From contig NC_086386.1 of the NCBI RefSeq assembly GCF_036588685.1, positions 17,298,001 to 17,362,000 on the forward strand: a stretch of DNA of 64,000 nt. Direction: 5' to 3'. The position numbers and the translations under genes were made by a program. Source of the stretch: Mytilus trossulus. Taxonomy: Eukaryota. Below, one piece after another: positions 46,022 through 59,257 of this stretch. The first letter of the stretch is position 1; each line of letters begins with the position of its first letter. The notes beneath the pieces are model-generated. The model did no database searches. It saw nothing but the letters and a program-made list of their open reading frames with translations, and was not told the origin of the DNA.

Positions 46022-49000
46022 TTATAAAGTGAACATATATCCTCTCTGTTGCCTGGATCTATGCCAGTCATACTTTACTTTAGCATAATGGATAGCTCCT
46101 CTCAAGAATACAAACAGACCTGTAAAAAAATATATTTCAATTATACAAAATAATAGTTCCATAGCTTTAAACACAAACGGCTAATTGAAAACCTGATAGC
46201 TTAAAAACTTAACAGAGGAGAATATCACAACATGAAGTTACATGATATCCTATAAAAGTAATTGAATAAAAACCAGAAAAAGTTCTGAATTATATCTGAA
46301 CACTTTCTAATAGAGAAAATAAATCAAGATTGTCTTTCTTCTTACATAACAGTACTTTTTTCTCTAATGATTTATGCATACTATTGTAATACTTGGTTGA
46401 TATATAACTATTTAAAACTATAAAATCATGTAAAGCTAATTTTTTTTTTATGTAAATGGAATAACTTCAAATTAACATACCACATAACATTAAAAGCCAC
46501 CAAATAAATGAGTCTTCTTGTGCATACCCCTCGGCCCATTTGTTGTGCTGAAAGTAATAAATTACAATAATAAATAATCAATATACTATTTGTTCATGCA
46601 AAGTTAAACATGTGTTCCCTTACTTATTTATTACAATAAAGTGGGCAATAGTATTTCCTTTTTTCTGTCATTCTCTAATAAACAGTAGATTATAAAGCCT
46701 TGTAAAAAGAGGAGCTCGTCAATGGTCGTTTGGTAGAATTATGTACGTAACAGATACAAACTCCAATTTTCTTGGACTAATTACTAGTTTAAAGTCTAAG
46801 AATAAATGGAGATTCAGAACTTAGAAAGGGGTTCAATTTAGTGCAGCTTTTAAGGTATGGATTTTGACTTTTGACTTTTTAATTATAAATGTTAAAGACT
46901 ACTTATTCTTTACACAGATGCTTTATACAGAACTGTAGAGTTCTGTATGTTGACCTTTCACTTGAGAATTCAAAGGTCCTCTTGTAAATTTCATTATTTA
47001 TTTAAAGCAAATCTGACCCCCTGGGCTGTATATACTATTGAAAAAGCAATTCAATACACAATAGAACCAGAAAAGAAATATTTCGGTTAATGTATTTGTC
47101 TAATCATAGTAAATTTGAACCATCAATTATACTAGTATCAATGTAAATGATGTTTAGTTATATATTAAGAACATACAAAGGGAAGTAATCCATAGTGTTT
47201 CTTAATTCATGGTCAAATAAATGTAAGTTTAGATATGCATAGATTTGATTAACTGAAGTAATTATATGGTTTGTGTGCACTTAAATTCATTATTTTAATT
47301 ATGAGATGAGACAAAAATACAAATTGCATGTAACAGTAAATTTAGCTGTGAATTTACTCAAATAAAAAGGATACTGGTAATTGTGTACTTGAAGAATTTA
47401 GTCAAGTTAATGTGCCTATCCCATGTCAGGAACGTCTATGATTATGTGTGTGTTTAATCCTTTCAGGTATTGAGCGTTAAAAGGAGTTCTTTGAAAGAAT
47501 CTCTTCAATGTACTCACAAATTGTTTGAACCCTTAGTTATTAAGACCTTGAGATATATATGGTATTAACATTTGTTCATTGTTGAAGGTTTTCTGCTAAC
47601 TTCTTCTTTTCTTATGAGATGCATATGAATACTACTTTTTCAGTATAGCTATTAGTGGACTTAGAAATAGTTACTTTCTGAAATTCCATCTCTTCTTTTT
47701 GTTAAAAAAATTATGTCACATAAATTAGACAAACCTTGAAAATTGCCACCCATTTAACAATGGAAAGTCCTAGTCCAGACAGCGCTCCACATCGTCCAGC
47801 TATGGTGTTGAAGAAACATATAGCAAATAATAGTCCAATCCAGTTAAAGAAGAAGGCCACTGAAAATAGTGTAATTTAGTTTTAAGGTTAGAAAATTAAT
47901 AATAGCTTAACAACAAACAAAAAACACCACTTTTTGTTACATAAATTTCATGATAAATTATATGCTGTGATATAAAATGTAATCTACTGACTATAAAACA
48001 AAATCTTTAACTTCCCATTATTGAACAAAAGTAGAACTTACAGACAAATGCACAGAGGAACATGCTATCTGTGCCAATAATATCTCTGGAAACCTCTCTA
48101 TCACTGAGAACTGGCCGAGATTCTCCACCAATCTGTAAAAAGGAAATTACAGAAAATTGAACAATCAAATTAACTTATACCAACGGAAATTTGTATATGA
48201 ATATTCGGTTTGAAGTTTAACTTTTTTTATGGTACTGATAAAATCACCCAAGTACAGTTAATTTTGAAACTATTGCTTGCCTTTATTTTTGCGATCTTGT
48301 CATTTAGACTAAAATGCAATTGAAATTTTTGGCGATATTGAGAAAAAAAATATTAATTCATATAAAAAATATTTCAAAATACGAATTATTGCGATTGTTG
48401 CATTTTTCTCATTAATAAACACATCGCAATAATTACTAAATTTTACAGAACTTGACCATGAAAGTTAAAGAAATATATATCTACCTCTGGATCTGGGTGT
48501 CCTTTAGTTCTCTCTGCCTCCTCATAACTGGGTAATGAAGTAGCTTCTACATATGTGGGCAGTTTCATATTCTGTGCTGATTCAGCCTGGTCTGAAATAT
48601 ACATCAGTATTTGTTTTGTTACTTTAGTATTTTCCATTTAAATATTAAAAAAAAAACAATATGGATCTTAATCTCCCAACTTAAGCTCTTAAAAAGTATT
48701 GTTGACAGGAAGACAGATATTATTATTTTTATGATACATTGATTATTGCCTGTTAGTTTTTCAAATAACTTTAAACATTTCTAGAGCCAGTGTTCGTTGT
48801 TGTATAGCTTTTTTATTCAATATGTAATAGTAAATATTTTGGTATGGATTCTTCTTTATAACATTGATTACTTTGTGTTGATTTTCTATTGTGAAAAATA
48901 TTCACCAACCTTTTATTTATTCTTCTTTGTATAATTATGACATACCTGATGAAGCTTGGTGATGATTTGTTCCAGGATAAGCTGGAGGAGGTTCTACCAT

Positions 49001-51121
49001 TGTCAAGGTCACTGGTTCAGCTGGAACCCTTTCATCTTCACCAACCAACTAAAATACAGATATACATGTATTTATGGTAAACGAACAAAAAGTCTTAGGA
49101 AAAAAAGTCACAAATAATTTGCTGACAATTGTTTGAATATGTGAGAGAAAGATATTGACATATTTTCTTTTTGTAACATATATTTATTTTTTAGTTTAGA
49201 CCATTGTTAATTAATAAGCCTTGACAAAAGGAAAATTAATAAAATCTAATCATGCAAAGGATATATTTCTTAGTAGAATGATTTTTAAGTACAAATGTAC
49301 CAATCTATTTTGACAATTTGCTTTCATTACAATTATTTGGTCATTATTGATATTTATTGAATAAATTACCTTCATATATAAGAGTTCAAGAAAACACAAA
49401 CAAAAATCGGGAAAATTAATGTTTTTCTTGTTCAAAGAAAAATAATCTCCAAAACTGAACTGTGACTTTTTGTCCTGTGACTTTTTTTTTTAAGGTGACT
49501 TTTGTCTGTGACTTTTTGTCCTACATTCATATCTATGATACATATATCTAAATAAAATTGAGAATGGAAATGGGGAATGAATCAAAGAGACAACAACCAA
49601 AACAATTCAAGGCAATCAAGATGGCATAAAAATTCAGTACAGATCCACGTACATGGATAATCCTCAAATAGCATGTAAATTTAAGTGCTATACTTTTTTT
49701 AGTTTTCAGTGTTACTTTTAAATTTAATTTGTTAGAAGTGATTCAAAACTTTTAAGCAATAAGTATAGTGAAAGGATAAACCCTTCACAGTTATAAGGTG
49801 CTTCAAGGTCTTTGTAACAATATGTATCATATGACCTCTGATTTGACCCACAATTCCATAAATGCCAATTGTTACTATTTGCGGGGGATTTCCCCCATGG
49901 AGGATCCCAATTGGAATTATTTTATTTTACAATGGCTTTAGGCTTGTAAAAGTATGATGAAGCCTAAAAACAATATTAAATTATATTTGAAGAATGTATA
50001 CATGTATGAGCCAACTTGCATGTTAAACCCCCATGGGCATTTTTAAAAGTTGGCAGGTATGCAATTCAGAGATATATAACTACATATGCAGTTTCAGAGA
50101 TGAAATGAATTTATAAATAATTAACTTAATACATTATTATGTGTTTATAAACATGATTAAAGAATTGCTAACAAATAAAATTGATAAAGGAAATGGGGAA
50201 TGTGTCAAAGCGACAACAACTCGACCATAGAGTAGACAACAGCCGAAGGCCACGAGTGGGTCTTCAATGTAGCGAGAAACTCCTGCACCTACTCATGAAA
50301 AAAGTTATTTACATTGTAATATAAACTTAAATTTTGACCTGCTTCAGGTGAAAAAATGTACTGTAAGGTTATACATGGTATATGACACAAGTTGAGGTGA
50401 GGTAATTGGTACATAGACTTTGTAGTGAATTATATTGGATTCTGAGGGCCGCAACTTCAGAAAATAGACCAAATAATACACCTTATGGCTATTTGACCGC
50501 CATTACTGGATATCACACACGTTCCCTAAAAATGTTGACGTCATAAAACAATATATCTGACGCCACAATGGAAAAGAGATTGTTGTTGACTTCAAAAGTT
50601 CAAGCGGCCGGGTCAGTCAGGATAAGTGATAATGTGTATTAATACAACTTTATATCGATATTAGCCTACTTGGCCGCTTGACCTTTTGACGCAAACAACA
50701 ATCACTTTTCCATTAAGGCGTCAGATATTTTGTTTGTGTTTTGACGTCAAAATTTTATGGGAACTTGTGTGATATCCAGTAATGGCGAACAAATAGGGAT
50801 AAGGTGTATTAGAGAACACCCCTCTTTTCCAAAATTACTTCACAAGATATTTCTCATTTTCTGGCCATACTGGAAGCTAATTTTAATCATAAAAGTATAT
50901 TAAAATATGTATCAGTAACAAAATGTATGATGTGTGCAACTCATATTGCTTAAATAAATAACTCTCAAAATTGCATTAGCTAATTTTATAGGTGGATCTT
51001 GTCAAACACAACATATTTATCGACTGTACAATATGAAATAAAACACAATACAGTATAAAACATCGACATATTTAGACACAAGGACACATACTACTTCATA
51101 GCGGACGTTAGAGCGTTCCAT
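46022..51121 (-). CDS. NDFIP: NEDD4 family-interacting protein (NDFIP1/2-like), 7 exons, about 206 aa
   Basis: Minus-strand exons 51121-51092, 49048-48946, 48591-48485, 48132-48042, 47859-47735, 46547-46481, 46119-46022 (621 nt, phases consistent). Three PY motifs (PPAY, LPTY, LPSYEEAERTK); IGTDSMFLCAFVLAFFFNWIG; TIAGRCGALSGLGLSIVKW; WWLLMLCGLFVFLRGAIHYAKVK; three TM helices. Confidence 0.93.
49072..49530. mobile_element. Probable MITE with subterminal AAAAAGTCAC / GTGACTTTTT repeats
   Basis: AAAAAGTC motifs at the left end, four TGACTTTT motifs at the right end in inverted orientation. Confidence 0.5.
50475..50810. mobile_element. Two abutting, inverted copies of a 165-170-bp MITE (TIR AATACACCTTAT)
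   Basis: 50475-50640 and 50641-50810 are diverged reverse complements; a third copy lies at 2716-2901. Confidence 0.75.
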
Positions 51122-51243
51122 TGAGACGCTCGTTTGTGTATTTGTTCTGTTTTTATCTGCTGTCAATTTGTCAGTATCAGTGAAAAATGGCGATTTTAGC
51201 GGATAGAAAAGATCCGAGAATTTCGGATACGTCTACTGGTCCT
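51122..51243. promoter_or_regulatory. Candidate bidirectional promoter between NDFIP and the ASB-like gene
   Basis: Local CpG enrichment, NDFIP ATG at 51121 (-), YY1-type AAAATGGCG at 51184-51192 (+), candidate donor CCT/GTATGT at 51244. Confidence 0.55.
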
Positions 51244-53225
51244 GTATGTTTACATTTGGTTTGAGAAGAGCAGAGCAATTGTAGTAAAAAAACAGATGTA
51301 AAGAACCAGTAATTATGTACGACTGGTTTAAAGTGATCTGGTAACCCATAAATTGACAGCCAACAAACTTTGAGTTGTCAGGTGCTGGGAGAATGCACAC
51401 ATTTATTGACCTAGATCTACATAAAATATGCCAGTGTTTTCAGTAAGTAACCCAAATATTTGCAGCTTTTGTTGTGCATAATATTTAGGAATGCAAGATG
51501 GATAACTAAAACTAAACAAAAAGGTTTACAGGTCAGAAACTGTGCAGACAGCTGTTTTTTAAAGGTTAACATTTTATACATTTAGAAGTTGCAAACAGCT
51601 GATATCTTCTTTGTCACGCATTGAACATGCTCCTATCACAAAAATATATATATTTTTTTCACTTGACATGAGCTGCAACAATGGCTATAAATTATAGATG
51701 AGGCTGTGAGTATGCTTCTGCTATTTATATACATGTAAAAATATATATTTCAACTGCCAAATGTTTTTAACATATAAAAATGGGTTATTTATATGAATGC
51801 CAGTTTGTCATGTTGCAACATAATATGGAACATAATATTAGTTTACTGTTAAGAATCGGCTGAAAAATTATAATCATTGAGGATAACATTTATTTATCGT
51901 TGTTGCTTCAATGCTAAGCCTAAGGAGGTTAATCATTTTAAGATTTTATAGAAAACAGGAAAATCTACAGCTTCAGCCTTCACCTTGTTTTCATAAATTT
52001 GACAATGCAGTGACAGAGGACCACTCAATTTACTGCTGCTACAGTGCTAGTACTGATTGCATTAAGCAAGTTTTTAAATAAAAGATATTTAGTTCAACAA
52101 GTACAAATATGGACCTATTCAAGTACATGTTATGTGACTTTTTAAGGTGCGCTTGACTTAAGTGACATAAAACAAGTGTTTCTTTTTTTTTTTATTGTAA
52201 AAGTTGTTTATGACAACAAATACAAGGTACAAAACCTGTAGCTTAGCCTGGACAAACAAGTGAGTAAAATATGTTTAAAATTTTAAAAAGAAAATGATGA
52301 TCACTCATTTCAAATTCTGTGGATTAACTGAAAAAATCTTGGCTTGGTTTGCTACTAAATATCTATTTTCCATTGAATGCAAAGAAACCATTTGTATTAT
52401 TGCTGTGAATGATGTTTCCCCTTTGCATATATGTTTTCAAATTGACATTTCCCTTTTATTTGGTATAGTTGTGGTTTAATATTATTGAACTACAACATGC
52501 CCAGACAACATGTACAGTATTAGAAGATCTTAAAATTTTGAAAAAAACACAGAAGGGGTCTTTACTTTGTCTCATTGGCAACCATTCCACATCTACTTAT
52601 TTTTATCTTATAATCAGACAGCAAGCTTAAAGATATATTCTGTTTTCTGCTCTTTGGTCAGGTTGTTGTTTCTCTAACCTTTTTCCCATTTCCATTCTAA
52701 ATTTTATGTCTATATTTTATTGGTAATCTAAGGGGTTCCTTTCATTAAATAGACTGTCATGACTGTTATCGTCCTGAAAATACATGAAATATTTTATATG
52801 CCACTGGCTGTTAAGCAACAATAAATCAATCATTAACAAGAAAGATTCAGTAGTTTTCCATAAAATATAAAATATTCTAATAATTCTGATAGCTATTATC
52901 TTCTTTTTTAACTATTATTCAGAATTTTTTGTATACTCAACATGAATTGGAATATCACAACAGTTTTGGGGTGCTAATAATTTGATATCATTCCACCAAT
53001 TATGCAACAATTATTGAATCACCTGATTAAGTGCAAGATTCCTTTTGAATTAAAGGTTTTCAGTAGGATCCATTTAGCATTAATTTTATTTTTTTCTGAA
53101 ATACAAAATTAAGATATTTTGCATTGTAACATTATCATTATAATAGTTATATTATATATATCCCATATCAACAGGATGCTTGGAACCTTGACTGTATTCC
53201 ATATTATCATTAACATTTATATCCC

Positions 53226-53921
53226 TTTTTATACGCCTGTCAAAATTTTGATGGGACGTATTTTGGTAAACAAATGTCCCGTGTATGTCAGTCTGTATGG
53301 CCAGTCCGTCTGTCCGTCTGTCTGTTTGGTGTAAACATGTTGCACCATAACTTGAGAATGACTTTTCAAATTTCATGAAACTTAATACAGTTGTTCCTCA
53401 TAACATGTATAATGGTCAAATGATCTGTTTATTTTTTGGTGAAAATAAGGTTAAAACTTTTTGAGTTATTGGACTTTGTAACTAAAACAGGGGGGGGGGG
53501 GGGGGGTTTCACATGTTGCATCATATCCCCAAAAACTATTTATGATTATTGCTTAAAACCATACACACTTATTAATTATATCAATTCAAAGATCTTTAAC
53601 TTTTTGGTTTTGATTCAAAATTTTATTTAAGAAAAATTGAGTTTTTGTAAAAAAAAAAAGGGGGGAGTGGGGCTTTCACATGTCAAGCTGTATCTCAGAA
53701 ACAATTGATGATTTTTGCTTAAAATTTCACACACTTCTTAGTTATATTTATCTAAAGATCTGTATACTTTTTGGTGATGATTTAGAATTTATTTTAGAAA
53801 CAATCAGTTTTTTGTTAAAAAAAAAAGTCGGTTTTCACATGTCAAGCTGTATCTCAAAAACTATTTATGATGATTGCACACAAGACAACAGGCGTATCAT
53901 GCGCTCATGGCGCAGCTGTTT
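53226..53921. mobile_element. Pearl/HINE-type element in the ASB 5' UTR intron
   Basis: Sub-terminal inverted repeat ATACGCCTGT (53231) / ACAGGCGTAT (53888), (GTCC/GTCT)n microsatellite, internal repeats TTTCACATGT, end palindrome TGCGCTCATGGCGCA, T-rich ends. Confidence 0.72.
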
Positions 53922-54292
53922 ATTATCATGTTTATATCCCAAACAAGACACCATAACCCATTTAGGTGAATGGTCCAACATATGTCAAAGTTGTTTTTAT
54001 GAAAACTCAATAAACAGAACAGCATCATTGATACTATTTACGATATTAAGGTGTAAGAAAGCAGTGTATTTTACAATTAACTTCTTAAGTTTGTACTTTG
54101 TGGTAGCTTAATGTTTTAATTTATAATAAGTTGCTCTTTTTTCATGCTACATGTAACAATGTTTCTTGGTAAGCAAAGGGTAAAACTTTCCAAAAGTTGA
54201 TTACTATGTAGAGATTATTTCAAAATGCAACTTGGAAAATAATTTATAACTAAATAACTTATCTTTTTTATTTTTCAGAAAGCAGACTCATC

Positions 54293-55573
54293 ATGAGCAG
54301 GGAAGACCTAAAATCTGACATCCATGATCTGTTAGAGGCCATATGGAAGGACTCGTTAAAGGATGTCAAAGATTTTATAGCCAAAGGTGTAGATGTTAAT
54401 CGAGCTGCAATCATTGAATATGAAGATTTCATGCCTCCACTTAGCTTAGCATGTCAAAGAGGCAATTTTGAAATAGCGAAATTTTTGTTTGAAAATGGAG
54501 CAGACTTATCAATACCTGGATCAGATGGAAAAACTGCATTACATTATGTCTGTGAAGGAGATGAGCATAGGGAAGAAAAAAAGGGGGAACTTTTTAAAAT
54601 CTTAAAATATTTAGTCGATCATGGAGCAAATATTGATATTAAAGATAATATGGGATGTACTCCACTATTTACAGCGTGTGAAGTGGACGATATTAATATG
54701 GTGCGACTTCTAATTCAGTCGAAATGTGACATAAACGTAAATACGGTGAATGGTTATTCAGCTATGAAAGTAGCCTGCAGAAATGCTAAGTTTTGGTCAT
54801 ATTGGCATGGCCGTGCTTTGTGCAACACTGCTACTAAAGTTGATCCAAATGAGTTCCCACCAATTCAGATTACTAAAATGCTTCTACAGGCTAATGCTAA
54901 TATGACTGATGCCACCTTATTACCGACAGCAGTCCAGTTTGGAGATCCAAATCTAGTCAGAGAACTGATAGGACTTGGTATGGATGTTAATATGCTTGAT
55001 GATAATATGTGTACCCCTCTTGGCTCTGCTTGTACATCTGTCAGTGTGAAATGTGATGTAGTTAAACTTTTACTGAGTCTTGGAGCAGATGTCAATAAAG
55101 GCGGAGGGTGGAAAAAGCAAAAGCCACTTATCTTTGCATATGTTCACAATTCAGTTGATAAAATAAGAATTCTACTCTCATATGGTGCTAAAGTTACTCC
55201 AGAAGAAATGACTGAACTTGTTTCCTTGAGCTTTTCCAAATCTATCTTAGAAAACCCTGAAGTGATTGGACCAAATAGCAAAGAACTGTTGTCATGGCAA
55301 CTACTTCTTGCTGCTGGTTTTAGGCCTATGGTAAATGGGACACAACTAGAGGAGAAGGTATTCCAGCTTCAAATGTGCAGTAGCTATGATAAAATCTGTC
55401 CGTGGATTACTTCTCTATTGTTTCCCATGCTCTCTCTGAAAGAACATTGCCGATTAGCCATAAGAAACAGCATTCCTACTAGTATCGACAGTCATTTGGA
55501 CGGATTGTTCCTTCCAAAACATTTGAGAGATTTTCTTAGCTTTCAAGAGTACTCGTCTGTTGAAAATAGATGA
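54293..55573 (+). CDS. Ankyrin repeat and SOCS box protein (ASB-like), single coding exon, 426 aa
   Basis: About 7 ankyrin repeats (PPLSLACQRG, GKTALHYVC, GCTPLFTAC, MCTPLGSAC, GADVN). C-terminal SOCS box SLKEHCRLAIRNSI...LFLPKHLRDFL. A pyrimidine-tract acceptor ends at 54278, so the 5' UTR exon lies upstream. Confidence 0.92.
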   Translation: MSREDLKSDIHDLLEAIWKDSLKDVKDFIAKGVDVNRAAIIEYEDFMPPLSLACQRGNFEIAKFLFENGADLSIPGSDGKTALHYVCEGDEHREEKKGELFKILKYLVDHGANIDIKDNMGCTPLFTACEVDDINMVRLLIQSKCDINVNTVNGYSAMKVACRNAKFWSYWHGRALCNTATKVDPNEFPPIQITKMLLQANANMTDATLLPTAVQFGDPNLVRELIGLGMDVNMLDDNMCTPLGSACTSVSVKCDVVKLLLSLGADVNKGGGWKKQKPLIFAYVHNSVDKIRILLSYGAKVTPEEMTELVSLSFSKSILENPEVIGPNSKELLSWQLLLAAGFRPMVNGTQLEEKVFQLQMCSSYDKICPWITSLLFPMLSLKEHCRLAIRNSIPTSIDSHLDGLFLPKHLRDFLSFQEYSSVENR

Positions 55574-56153
55574 AATTGATTAAATCAATTGTGTACATTA
55601 TATTCGCCATATAAGACTTGTTTATGATTAAGTTTTAAACATGTGTACTTAGTATAACTGTTTTAAGGTGCCATATTGTTAGAGTTGTAATATCAGTCAC
55701 TATAGTGCTATGTTTATTATACAGAATGCCATGTTTGTTTTTATGGGTCTCTCATGCAATGAGTCAAAAGTTACAAAGATTTTACTATTTTTTTGCTTAA
55801 TTATTTTGCTGCAGTTGAGGCCAAGCCTAGAGTTTATTGTTGATATACATGGTATATATATATTCTGAATGGTTGCAAAGCTTTAAGTGTAATCTGTTTG
55901 TTGTTTTCATATTCTGCCTAATAAATATCAGTCATATGTTTCTCTGCATGAGTACGTGTATATGAACACTTCCTTTATAAAACAAATAGAAATACAATTA
56001 TTCAGTCTTCCAATGGTGAAAACTTTAATTTGGTTTCATGTACATAAAGAAATAGATAAATGCTATATATTAAGAATATTTTTAAAGTTTTTCCCCATTT
56101 TTAGAATTTTTACATGTACAACATACTTTTCAGGCATGTATCAGAGGATATAC

Positions 56154-56308
56154 CAGTGGCGGATCCAAAAACTTTCATAAGTTTGGGCCCACTAACTGCC
56201 TAAGAGGGGGCCACTTCTGTCACGCTTCAGTGGTTCCCTATTTAAGCAACCAAATTTTTTTCTCAAAAGGGGGGTCCGGGCCACGTGCCCCCCTTAAGTC
56301 CGCCTCTG
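56154..56308. mobile_element. MITE with CAGTGGCGGA/TCCGCCTCTG TIRs
   Basis: Imperfect 10-bp TIRs; TATAC duplicated on both sides. Confidence 0.72.
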
Positions 56309-58269
56309 TATACTACAATGTATGTTCAGAGGAAAATAGGATGTTTTTTTCAATTTCGCATGGTCATAATGGTAGATTCTAATCCAATAACTGTTAAACA
56401 TATTTATTTTGCTATAATTGAATATTTCATAAAAAGGTACAAAGTGGAATAAATTGAGTTACTTCTCTAAAATGTTATAACATATTTTATTGGCACATAT
56501 TTATAATATTTTAAGTTATTTCCCTTTATAAGGGTTTCTACAACATAATCTGATTTTTGTATTTTTTCATATTTAAATGAAAACAAAATAATATTCTTGT
56601 AGATTTTATTTACATTCACAAACTGGCTATTTACAAACTGATTTACTGAAAACTGTGGTATTACTGATTTCCTTAACAAAACTCCTCTGCAGGTATCAGT
56701 ATGATAGCAAACATTTAACTACAATTGTATGCGGCATGGGCTTTGTTTATTGTTGAATGCTGTATGGTGACCTACAAATGTAAAGTTGTTAATGTGTCAT
56801 TTTGTCTCTTATGGAGAGTTGTCTCATTGGCAATTTTACCACATCTTCTTTTTTATACCTGTATAGCAGGTATTTGATTGATAGTGTTTATCCATGTGTT
56901 TATAGATAGTGGTAATATTTATCTGTACTAATAGACCAGTTGAAATAAATCAACTTCTCTTGTTCGTCAAATGATGTTTTTCACTTTTTTTTATGTTTTT
57001 ATAGAGCAATGGCTTTCCCAGTAAATATTCCACAATGCTTTACTATAGCTTTCTTTCATCATGTTCATACAAAAATATTTCCCCAAAAATTGTGTATTAC
57101 ATAATTGTAAACATAGAAGTTACTTTTTGTCAATTAACAATACATATCTTAATGATTGCATGTTGTTGCTTGGTAATGGATGATATGTGTGATTATCTCC
57201 CTTTAAAACATGTTGTCATCTTTAAGCACATACTAAGGAAAAAAATATATTTTAATATATAATTATAAAAAAAACGTTTTTACCCATTTTTATATAGCCG
57301 AAAAAAATGACATACAATCATTATGTGTGTCATGGGTAAAGATTCATGCACTTATTTACCTGTTAGCTCAGTGTATCACTCCTGAATTTAGTGATGTTAG
57401 GGATTGTCCACCAGTATACTTTACAAGGACACCCAAGGACAACTTAGAACAAGTTAGGTACTATACCCTGTATGTATCACATGATATAAGTTTCCATCTT
57501 CATGATCATATTTAAAGGTTTGTTTTGTTTATTTTATGAACACAATGAGCTTGCTTTACATGCAGTTTGAGGGGAAGTATTTAGTTATCAAGATAAATAT
57601 TCAAAACTCCTCTAGTAATAAGTTTAGTCAATGGTGAAATTGTAAAACAAAAGAAAACCAAAAGGATAAAAGTTTATAGAATATAATAAGCCCCTAAATC
57701 TTTTGGTGACTTGTTATTACTTTGGAGATGGGTGCTTGTATTTTTCCTGAGATTTTGCCTGAAGAGAAATTGTTAACTTTTACAAATACTTATACTGCAA
57801 GTGATCTTTTTTCAAAATATCAGATAACATTTGGAAAAGTACATTTTAAAAACATTTTAAATATGACATTTTGATTTTTTATGGGATTGAAAAATATAAT
57901 GATCAGAAATAATATGTCCAGAATCATCTTAACTTGCTGTTAATTTTAGATAATTTTACATAAACTTGCTTGCCTGTATTACTTGATTATTATAAAATAT
58001 AAGATTCATTAGACAATCTGTGTATTTAAGTTGAGTGCATCAATTTAATATTTATTAGGCAGAATATGATACATGTACATGTATATCTGAATATATTCAA
58101 CATTTGTATAACAGAGCCAAACATTGTAGTTATTACAATTAATTGTATTGTGAATGAATCAAAATAATATAAGCAATTACACTGTTGTTTCTTTTTTTAT
58201 ATTTAATGATTTGAATGCAATGTTGGCTGTTGAAGCTCCTCACTAACATGACTAATGCAGATGATATAA

Positions 58270-58460
58270 AAAAGAAGATGTGGTATGATTACCAATGAGA
58301 CAACTATCCACAAAAGACCATTTTGTGTAGACACAAAAATTAACAACTTAAGGTCACCATACGGCCTTCAACAATGAGCAAAGCCCATACCACATAGTCG
58401 GCTATAAAAGGCCCTGATAACACAATGTAAAACAATCCAAACGAGAAAACTAACGGCCTT
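58270..58460 (+). repeat. Representative of the most abundant dispersed family (AAGATGTGGTATGATTGCCAATGAGACAACT..GGCCTTCAACAATGAGCAA..CCCATACC); other copies near 9905, 10426, 16500(-), 32455, 37495(-), 38570, 39842(-), 43450(-), 45695(-), 56725(-), 62030(-)
   Basis: The same motif chain is read in more than 10 places on both strands; element class not determined. Confidence 0.8.
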
Positions 58461-58471
58461 ATTATTTATGT

Positions 58472-58588
58472 AACAAGAGTGCACACACTGAAATGTTTCG
58501 CCTTCTTTACTAATCATTGATATTATGTTGATAGACCTAAATATAAATCTTTATTACAACTGTCACATAAACTCAACATTAACCAAAA
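58472..58588. mobile_element. Truncated copy of the 59258 element end
   Basis: Near-identical to 59258-59375; followed by an AGCGC-GAAA-GCGCT hairpin at 58593-58606. Confidence 0.7.
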
Positions 58589-59257
58589 TCAAAGCGCGAA
58601 AGCGCTGTAAAGGCAGTTAATTACAGGTTGTGTGTGTATTTCTAGTCCAGTTATACCATTATCTTCCATAGAACAGAGGTGGTTTGTAGAATTTAAGATT
58701 CAGAGTTCTTTTGTACCTAGTTCACCTATATCTATAGTCTATGTTTACAGTATATTTTATGTGCCTCCCATGAAATGCATTTTTAGCCATGGCCTTGTCA
58801 GTTTGCTTTAAATTTATGAGTTTGACTGTCCCTTTGGTGTCTTTCGTCCCTCTTCTTTAGACATATAAGAACTTTTCCTTTTCAATATAAATAGACTATT
58901 CTTAATTATTGATTGTATACACATATTCTATGACTCTCATAAAAAATAGTTCACAAAGATTGACTAGTCTCTGTACTGTGTTTATAGCAAGAACATCAAG
59001 TAACATAATGGTAAATGTACATAGTAACATGTCAACTTTTTTGATGACCATACCTGGCAACTGTCAGTATTTGCAGAGTATTTCCCCCATCGAGCTCTAG
59101 GCTCCCAAATGGAAATTTTGTAAGAGCAATTTTGTCGACTATTTTAAAGAAAAGAATTAATTCAACAATGGCTATGAGCTTGTTAATGCACGAAGAAGCC
59201 AAAAACCACATTAGAATATATTTGAAGGGAATCCATGACAAATCGTCCCACTTTAAA

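Noticed and set aside
53119-54111. ORFs of 64-143 aa upstream of ASB
   Set aside because: They lie in a non-autonomous repeat, have no domain motifs, and several lack an ATG start.
58593-58645. Helitron 3' end (GNRA hairpin plus CTAG)
   Set aside because: The hairpin-to-CTAG distance (about 35 nt) is longer than typical and no 5' TC end was identified.
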